Source: Caecitellus pseudoparvulus
Lineage: Eukaryota > Protista > Bigyra: Bicosoecida
Direction: 5' to 3'
Length of the DNA: 23,565 nucleotides
NCBI GenBank assembly: GCA_965644315.1
Contig: CBFFRQ010000135.1
Span: 1 to 23,565, forward strand
Below the pieces are notes generated by a model, which made no database searches, had not been told where the DNA came from, and saw nothing but the letters and a program-made list of their open reading frames with translations. The position numbers and the translations under genes are program-made. This document shows positions 18,501 to 23,565 of this stretch, one piece after another (within the stretch, counting starts at the first letter, position 1; the number at the start of each line of letters is the position of its first letter).

Positions 18501-21500
18501 CGAGCTGGACCCTTGCGATGCCCCGCTCAAGCAGCACGCACCAAAGTTGCTGCCAGTCACTTGAATCGTCATCTCGGCCGTTGTTCCACTCCCAGCCAGA
18601 ACAAGGACGGTGCTGATGGTTGGAGGCTGGTAGTCAAACGTCGCAACGCCCGTCTCCTGGCCCCCAACCTCGAGGAACAGAGGTATGCCCTGTCCATTGC
18701 CTGGGGGGGCGACAAACGTCTGCTCAGCGTGCGCCCCCGTCATCGAGATGGGTTCAGGAAAGTCGGCAGCACTTCCAATGAAGAGGCTAGACTGGGCACC
18801 TTCAGGGCCAAAGTTTTCGCCCAACACTGCGACCGTGACGCCTCCGTAGGTCGAAATTGGGCCCCCGATGCCCCCGCCTGCTGGTCGGATGCCATGGATG
18901 ATGGGAGGTGCGTATGATACGCTATCTCGAGATGGGGAAGAAATGTCGCCCCCAATTCGCGTCACAACGTGAAGAGCGGCCCCCACGCCTTCTGCAAGGC
19001 TGCAGAGCAAGGCCCCAGCCTGAGGGGCTGGACGGCAGCCGGGCGACTCCAGCTCGCTGCCTTCAATCGGCTCGCCCACGTCGTCCAGTCGCCCATACCG
19101 CACCCAACCAAAGGAACCTTCTTCGGCAGTCAACCCGCTTCCGAATACAAGCAGGCTCACGCCAGAGGCGTTGGTGGGGGCTGCATCCACAGGTGCCATG
19201 GTGCTGTCCAGCACGAGGGAGACATTGAACAAAGAGGGCCGCAAGTACGCAGAGGTTGGGATGGAGCTCCATTGGCCGCCCACACGCACGCGCCACAGTA
19301 GGTCACCCCCTGATCCCACTGAGGTCAGGCACCTGATCTCGAAGTGGGGTACTGAAATGCTGCAGTTTTGTGCTTCCAGGGCGTCTCCGTACACGACATC
19401 CCCTACACTCAGGGGCAGCGTCCCGAAATTCACACCACTGATGATGACTTCTTGGCCGCCTTGGCTGCTGGCCGCAAGCACGCCTTCCCCGCCCAAACTG
19501 AACACAGAAGGCGGAGCGTAGTTGAAACTGGGCAAGTCTGAGTGGGCTTCCACACCGTTGATGAACACGCTCCAGTTGAAGCCAGTCCCGTGCCCGGGAA
19601 CTGATACACACTGGATCTCAACAAACGCCTCAGACACTCTACAGTCGATGGCGGTGTGGTTCTCCACGCCGTTCGAGTACGTCACAGTCACGTTGGCTGG
19701 TGCGCCAGGCAAGAATGGAGGCAGTGGTGGGAGGTTTCGTCCACGGAACATGACAACCTCCCTTCCTGCTGTGCTGAGGCCAGCCAGTGGAATAGAAACC
19801 GAGTCAATCACTCTCGCGTCGATGATGTCCACAACCGATATGTCAACGGTGTGGCGGACAGTGTGCGGGCCAAAGCCAGCCTTGTCAACGTATGCATCTC
19901 CTATCGTGTCCAAGAGCACTGCGGTGTCCGTGACAGCGACGGTCAACTGGAAAGACGTCGCCGGGAGCAGCAACTCTGCATCCAGGCAGTCCCTGCGCAG
20001 CGTCAAGTTGGCGGACCGCGCATACTCCCCGGCACTGCAGCCTGCGACCGGCAGCGCGCTGCTGGGTGCGGGCTCACAAATGGGAACTGCCTCGAAAAAC
20101 TCGGCAAAGGGGGGTTCGACTTGAAAGGTGAGGTGCTGGTACATGTCCAGGTCCGTCGCGCGGAGAACCCCCAGCACGTGGCCTGCAGGAGCTCGCTCAG
20201 CGACAGAGAAGGAGGCAGGCTCGATCAGGGCTGGGGCCTCATTCACGTCCTGCACCACAACCCACAGGTGCACGACCGTGAACAGCTCCGGAAAGTCCAA
20301 GTTAATCAACAAAAGTACACATTCGTACACACCGGGGGGCGTGTGGCCGTGAAGGGGCTGCACGAGAACCGAAGGAGCTGGTCCGCTGCCTACAGCAGGA
20401 TTCAGCGGGCTGGCCTCGGATAGGTTGAAAGTGGTGGATAGCGGGAGGTCTCCTGGTCTCACGTTCCAGGCCCGCGGGTCGGTCCCGTTCACATCCCTCA
20501 GGGAAATGGCCACCAAGCTGCCCTCCGCTTGCGTCACATGAACGCTTGACGCCAGAATTGGCTCCCCTGCCGGGTGGTTGGACGTCATTTGCAAAATGTG
20601 CCGTGTAGCTTGTGCTTGGGGCGCCTCTGGGCTCCAGAGCACCGTCACAGTTCCCGTTGCTGTGCTGGTAAGGTTGCTGGGGTCGGTTACACGGACCGTG
20701 AAGGTGACGACTGACGCACTCTCAAAGTCCAACAGCGGCCCCAAGATCTTGTCTGGTCTGACCAGCGTCACAATTCCATGCACTGGATCAATGTGCAGTC
20801 GGTCGAAATACTCCGGGTGCACCATAGAGGCCTGGGAAATGGCATATGTGCACTGCCCCTCGCAGTCCGGCCCAGTGCCACTCTCAGGGTCAAACGTGTT
20901 GAAGTCCAGCAGCACAGTGCCATCTGAAGCATTTTCTGGAACTCGCATAGACTCAGCATGAATGATTGGCGGCTCAGGCCCGTCCAAAGTGTGTACCTGG
21001 ACGCTGGTGGCGGCCCGCAGGCCTGTCACATCCTGCACTTCGATGCCAAGCGTCACGTTGGGGATGGTCTCAAAGTCCAGCACGCCAGTGACGAAGATGA
21101 AACCGGAGTCAGGGTACACGCTGAACACCCCTGTGGCCTCCACGGGGTCAACAGAGACCAGGGAGTAGCTGCAGTGGTGGTGCCCAGTCAGCCCACAGTC
21201 GCCCCCCAGCACGACGTTGGGGTCCTCGGCATCAACATCAAGCAGCACCAGCCCTGGGAATTCTACCTCTGTTCCCTCCAACACAGAAACTGAGTATTCT
21301 GGGGAGGTAAAAGTTGGCGGAAACGGCGCAGTATCAACCCACAACTGCAATGTGCTCTGCCCTGTCAAGGAGCCTGGCCCCGGCTCCTGCACTTCGGCAG
21401 TTACGGTCACATTGAAGTTGCCAGGCGCGCTCTGTGTGAAGTCGCGTGCCACACAGATCGTAGCTGGAGGTGGAAGGAATGTAGCGTTCTGTGTGCAGGA

Positions 21501-23565
21501 ACTTGTAAACTGCGGCTGCAAGTCGAGCGTGGTGATGGGCGCACTGCCGCTTGTAAACAGCAGCCCTGTCGCAGGATTCATCGAGAACCAATCGCACATT
21601 CCGTGGCGTGTGGCGGTGCCTGTCTCAGTGCAGTTCGAGATAGAGAACGTGCAGGCCCCTGCGCAATCCACGCCCGGCGTCTCAGGATCGCGGCCAGTGA
21701 AGTCAGCAACGGAAGCAGGCACAGCCTCATCGACCCGCAATGGGCCCGATACGGGCTCCAAGAAGGGTGGCTCGTTGACGTTCGTCACAGAAATGTTTAC
21801 AGTTGTCTGCACCACTTGCACGGCAGGGTTCGTGTGTCGCGCTGCCACCTGCACGAGTACCTCCGAGAACACCTCGTAATCCAACGGTTGCCCGGCCAAG
21901 ATGGTTAAGTTCCCGCCCGTACTAAAGCCAATGGAGGTGTTGGCAGCAGGGGGGGAAACTGAGACCAGCTCAAGTGCGCATGACGCTCCAGGTGCGCCAC
22001 ATGCGCCCCCATACAAGCTGTCTGCATCTGCGGAAGGGATGGTTCCCACGACCCCCACAGCATTCTCTGGAAATGGGAAGACAACCTCAAGATCAGCAGG
22101 CAGCATGGCAGGCTCGTCCACGTTGCGAAGTTGCACGTCAAGGTTGACCACCTGGCTCAGCCCAATCGTGGAGGCCACACGGACCCGCACAGTTCCCAGG
22201 CGGCTCTGGCTGCCCCCGACAAAGGGCGCCGCTTCAAAGTCCAGCAAAGTGCTGTTCGCCACGAGGACAGCGCCAGTGATGTTGACCTCCATGGACCCCG
22301 CCACGTGTGTGTGGGAGAAGTTGCCAACAGGCAGCAGGGTCGCGTTGCAGCGGCCACAACAAGGAAGAAGTGCCCCCCCCCCGCTGCTGAAGGATGCCAC
22401 TTGCTCCACGAACGTGCCAACAGGCGCCAGCTCGTTGACTTCAGCGAACATGGATGCTTCTGGAAGCTCGGCAGGGACCACCTGAATGTCAACGGCCAGT
22501 GTGTCGCAGACGTCAGACACGTTGCAACGAAGCACAACGAAGGCTTTGACAACCGGCGTGCCAACGGCGTCCCATGGCGAAGCACACTCAGGCCCTGCTA
22601 CAGTGCTCAGGAGCCCTGTCTCTGGCTCCAGCTGCAGCCAGCTGGCAAAGGCAGCCGGTTGGACATCGGCTATCTCGACAGTACAGTCGTCCCAGAACTC
22701 TTGCGCCGTGCCTGGGGTGCCGAACTCGTCAAGAAAGTAGCCTTGCACCACTCCAACCTGCACACTGTCCGCTTCTCCAGCACGTACATGTGAGGCGTTG
22801 ACAAGGGTCAGGCTCACGTTGGGGCTGGCGACTTCAACGGAAATGGTCGCGTTCAACGGACTGGGGTCTGGCCCACACATGTCGCAGGTGGCACCGAGCA
22901 ACACATGCACTTCTGGGTGCTCGGCCTCTACCCAAGGGCTGTCGCATTGCCCTGACGTTGCCCCGGCAGTGGCCACAGTGGACAGCACTCCTGAGCTGGC
23001 GTTGACCTGCACACGAGTCTGGAAGCTCGGCGGCTCCGTGGACAGCACAGAGAAGGTGCACGACGAGTTGGAGTTCGCGATGGATGCAGACACGTTGCCG
23101 AAAGAGATCGCTCTGCGGGTGCCATCTGGAATGATCAATGCGCCTGTGCTCAGTGTCGTTGGGGTCGGCGGAGCATCCACTGAGACGGAAGTTGACGTTG
23201 TGGTTTCGTTGAAGGGGCAGGAGGGGCACACCACCGAAACGCTCGCCAGCACAGGGAGGGTGCCCCATAACCAGGGGCTGCCACAGCCCCCCTCGCAGCA
23301 GCCAGGGCTGGAGGCGACAGTTGACAAGACGCCGGAGCTTGCGTTGACGGTCAGAAACGCTGCCGTGCTCGGCGGCTGCACATCCTCCAAAGAGTAGCTG
23401 CACGGGCCTGCCCCTACTCCAGGAGATAAAGACCCCAGAATAACTGCGTCTGTTGATGCATGCGGCACGGAAAAGCCCCCGTGTAAGGCGTGTGCTGCCG
23501 TGGGGCAGCTACCCTCAACACTTAGCGGAATCGTCAACAGCGCAAAAAGCACCAGCACAGCGCCC
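12561..23565 (-). CDS. Very large cell-surface protein: signal peptide, cadherin-like repeats, IPT/TIG repeats, Cys-rich module, multi-pass TM domain with long disordered insertion. 5'-partial and probably 3'-truncated.
   Basis: Single frame of >3,660 codons that is open to the window edge (the track start at 23558 is a GTG). Cadherin-type motifs LDFE/LDYE, DAD/DPE, NVNEPP, DVNEAP. IPT-type motifs GGxxVxIxGxNFG and YxPPxI. Cys module CDTGYF..CLPCP and CAEGYTGVACQLC. Hydrophobic helices at ~16270-15280. Stop TAG lies inside the telomeric tract. Confidence 0.9.
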   Translation of the reverse strand, partial: GAVLVLFALLTIPLSVEGSCPTAAHALHGGFSVPHASTDAVILGSLSPGVGAGPCSYSLEDVQPPSTAAFLTVNASSGVLSTVASSPGCCEGGCGSPWLWGTLPVLASVSVVCPSCPFNETTTSTSVSVDAPPTPTTLSTGALIIPDGTRRAISFGNVSASIANSNSSCTFSVLSTEPPSFQTRVQVNASSGVLSTVATAGATSGQCDSPWVEAEHPEVHVLLGATCDMCGPDPSPLNATISVEVASPNVSLTLVNASHVRAGEADSVQVGVVQGYFLDEFGTPGTAQEFWDDCTVEIADVQPAAFASWLQLEPETGLLSTVAGPECASPWDAVGTPVVKAFVVLRCNVSDVCDTLAVDIQVVPAELPEASMFAEVNELAPVGTFVEQVASFSSGGGALLPCCGRCNATLLPVGNFSHTHVAGSMEVNITGAVLVANSTLLDFEAAPFVGGSQSRLGTVRVRVASTIGLSQVVNLDVQLRNVDEPAMLPADLEVVFPFPENAVGVVGTIPSADADSLYGGACGAPGASCALELVSVSPPAANTSIGFSTGGNLTILAGQPLDYEVFSEVLVQVAARHTNPAVQVVQTTVNISVTNVNEPPFLEPVSGPLRVDEAVPASVADFTGRDPETPGVDCAGACTFSISNCTETGTATRHGMCDWFSMNPATGLLFTSGSAPITTLDLQPQFTSSCTQNATFLPPPATICVARDFTQSAPGNFNVTVTAEVQEPGPGSLTGQSTLQLWVDTAPFPPTFTSPEYSVSVLEGTEVEFPGLVLLDVDAEDPNVVLGGDCGLTGHHHCSYSLVSVDPVEATGVFSVYPDSGFIFVTGVLDFETIPNVTLGIEVQDVTGLRAATSVQVHTLDGPEPPIIHAESMRVPENASDGTVLLDFNTFDPESGTGPDCEGQCTYAISQASMVHPEYFDRLHIDPVHGIVTLVRPDKILGPLLDFESASVVTFTVRVTDPSNLTSTATGTVTVLWSPEAPQAQATRHILQMTSNHPAGEPILASSVHVTQAEGSLVAISLRDVNGTDPRAWNVRPGDLPLSTTFNLSEASPLNPAVGSGPAPSVLVQPLHGHTPPGVYECVLLLINLDFPELFTVVHLWVVVQDVNEAPALIEPASFSVAERAPAGHVLGVLRATDLDMYQHLTFQVEPPFAEFFEAVPICEPAPSSALPVAGCSAGEYARSANLTLRRDCLDAELLLPATSFQLTVAVTDTAVLLDTIGDAYVDKAGFGPHTVRHTVDISVVDIIDARVIDSVSIPLAGLSTAGREVVMFRGRNLPPLPPFLPGAPANVTVTYSNGVENHTAIDCRVSEAFVEIQCVSVPGHGTGFNWSVFINGVEAHSDLPSFNYAPPSVFSLGGEGVLAASSQGGQEVIISGVNFGTLPLSVGDVVYGDALEAQNCSISVPHFEIRCLTSVGSGGDLLWRVRVGGQWSSIPTSAYLRPSLFNVSLVLDSTMAPVDAAPTNASGVSLLVFGSGLTAEEGSFGWVRYGRLDDVGEPIEGSELESPGCRPAPQAGALLCSLAEGVGAALHVVTRIGGDISSPSRDSVSYAPPIIHGIRPAGGGIGGPISTYGGVTVAVLGENFGPEGAQSSLFIGSAADFPEPISMTGAHAEQTFVAPPGNGQGIPLFLEVGGQETGVATFDYQPPTISTVLVLAGSGTTAEMTIQVTGSNFGACCLSGASQGSSSCRCEVSGENATIVWLQADAGSGPVSPCVDPAVSFGDTRIECTLRGYTEESISIPSTLWVSVANQLASAPFHYQELLRVPEVSQVLGKDSISTQGGSLVTLQGRLFGIVQGRLQVRTGERDASGGLIWNDMPDGQIVNWTDTSITFATLPGQGRFELRPYLPGAPDLVYPASLLTYMQPTITDVEGFQSTSSGAWDYDRSVVTNASHRVRIHGDNLGPGLLRGKSAWSTSREFRGVAAVRACPLNATLCISPSESYENAVLVGGQQCAILSWNDTLIECLPPHGLKDVAVTVYVHDRLTMDQAEGFGQFSSVIASRTYEYAAPSIFQLEYAGARRPYEVAWPTHSRTVGGDLVRVVGSSFGIPSLVSPQVYLGNALIALEDIVRHTHDELLVRTPPGSGANLTLHVSILGDKSNSVVFSYDPPVIALLQFVASGGQPSRLHALGQQQHNDQDSNFTTLEGPTVQFVRSNSPGIEVLGTQLNQVVLGSSQRVEDLFVDARGGVVVLHGWNFGLFEPSPKDETVSIGGVLCQPRVGARTVWSSDSELQCQLDGMVIGRKGVQVAVAGQTTTLTAQQSGIRAICDTGYFAMLEDTDVCLPCPRCATDDCPAGAEAPTECGGGTSPPVSRPGFWQHDLTTALSDNWAHLDSTPLESFLAGAEDSASSIVGELSSAFSRRLASPRFNASSANFTSASRFLLTPCVPAEACLGNNTCAEGYTGVACQLCDENSRRQSLATRACSRCDASVWHPLVIAALFLVIIPAVIVAFFFFLRAPSLFGVGMAVYSLQLLSQAVKLSMPWGSAALAAGWLGSTLQLDISSVNLHCALLQSGYRATFSDSWKMYQLTPLFLIGLAALGTWLHWLHCSRMCGSTTTGTKTFQRFVDYSVTIVSYMYVGIVSSAFEVFSCIPLGGKRVLSADVSVDCFGEEYERLTALAYSSLFLFGMGVPFVFFGALVWNRKAVKLNIDKISSGKPHTIEEPTDKQLGKTDKKGNSQGNSLAAIQSLIKDHQRAAFIHALIGKLYKPYTRSMYFWAILEFAQRMAVAALATVFRDQPTFSALLLCLAVSFYAFLLALMRPHSEVKVSLNWVRAVKSGRFGAEAKRKLAERIEEDVRKLRDNHKYPLAGEAQGVFDDCSSSEGETGVSHRPRSRSAIRWRTLRHQTAEVPNKQETAVEDSQDKTISREVKQPSAVLPRSARTQPKVQPQPSDLPRELPPQAHLPNPFHTPGAQHRVESSNSFLRRMSITKPKAFPSSLASRGRRAGPMADRSSQSEASHTRQSGAKTAVLSREQHAPGSDSKRAASLPVTHQAEACSTSVLHRRKNTGQEAAVLGETSQTKAVGGSSKQPAFAFSFVGRALGLGGSDKAAEVADSTQPPSDVNPLFRVNPLARHRGECGTSAQGLSVGDGARHSVSAHCTQDLQSKSGQQSCMEGHPLMSESLTETLSTTDGQGAAPITAGSLRSSQPALGDAGQEGDVRGGGEAASVQEKGPAMALSSIVRTEERITDGKPATSNPLHAFARAKPQLTQSKSAHGPEMLGPPSRRRARRRVRRASCMVHTKCSNATQTQSWGQPAVGQASTMRGWGSTAPVLAFHGGAEGPRMRSTLRQKGSTERYTSESRRTFKAARLTRAGLSSRSVMSSLKHLAPESSCESSSSIESDVGGFFASARFSVESDSSLSSCSEPSLVQAGVPGGGGKASTAFNSEKAGTHSKTLVPEPSASGDLDEMVSGSPESARSRSSATMASPSLAAVQPPNMAMGLFGPRSSRALGLSTQELVSVAPSSSSRRMERVKSMKIGRDRVGSKSSKSSRKLLQQRSTFRAMEAKASHRHFRREVQKVMENCDTSCPTRIIRYCAVDRRVKVDVVLAHRHHWATCRSCGWRYKHTKQEVPFLLAREGVDSLPSLSRALQADRPAEALTCLGRCGRWQRSVCGLLGTGFRLLCSWTLRMALCYDQVSILMNALLFFAVFGSLINSVSGADLARLG

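Noticed and set aside
12673-23403. Many 60-255 aa ORFs overlapping or antisense to the giant gene, and likewise to the element ORFs
   Set aside because: Expected shadow ORFs in GC-rich coding DNA; none has recognisable motifs.

Overview
This is the left end of a eukaryotic chromosome from a GC-rich organism with TTAGGG telomeres, probably a protist (the organism cannot be identified from the sequence). A ~1.26 kb terminal (CCCTAA)n tract is followed by a head-to-tail array of telomere-embedded non-LTR retroelements. All have their 5' ends pointing to the chromosome tip, their 3' ends joined directly to CTAACC, and no poly(A). The array has three parts. (A) A ~2.9 kb non-autonomous element with one intact ORF. 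(B) After 28 bp of telomeric repeat, a ~7.75 kb element encoding an unknown N-terminal domain, a Josephin-like Cys-His-Asn protease, an APE endonuclease and, after a frame break, a reverse transcriptase and CCHC finger. (C) A 475 bp 3' fragment of a B-type copy. A and B are clearly diverged but share a conserved 5' leader and a covarying 3' RNA structure, which recalls the HeT-A/TAHRE or MoTeR2/MoTeR1 partnerships. Proximal to the array is a ~120 bp internal telomeric tract. It supplies the stop codon of an uninterrupted >3,600-codon cadherin/IPT-TIG multi-pass membrane protein gene, which suggests a healed chromosome break. All domain calls are by-eye motif matches; no database search was run.
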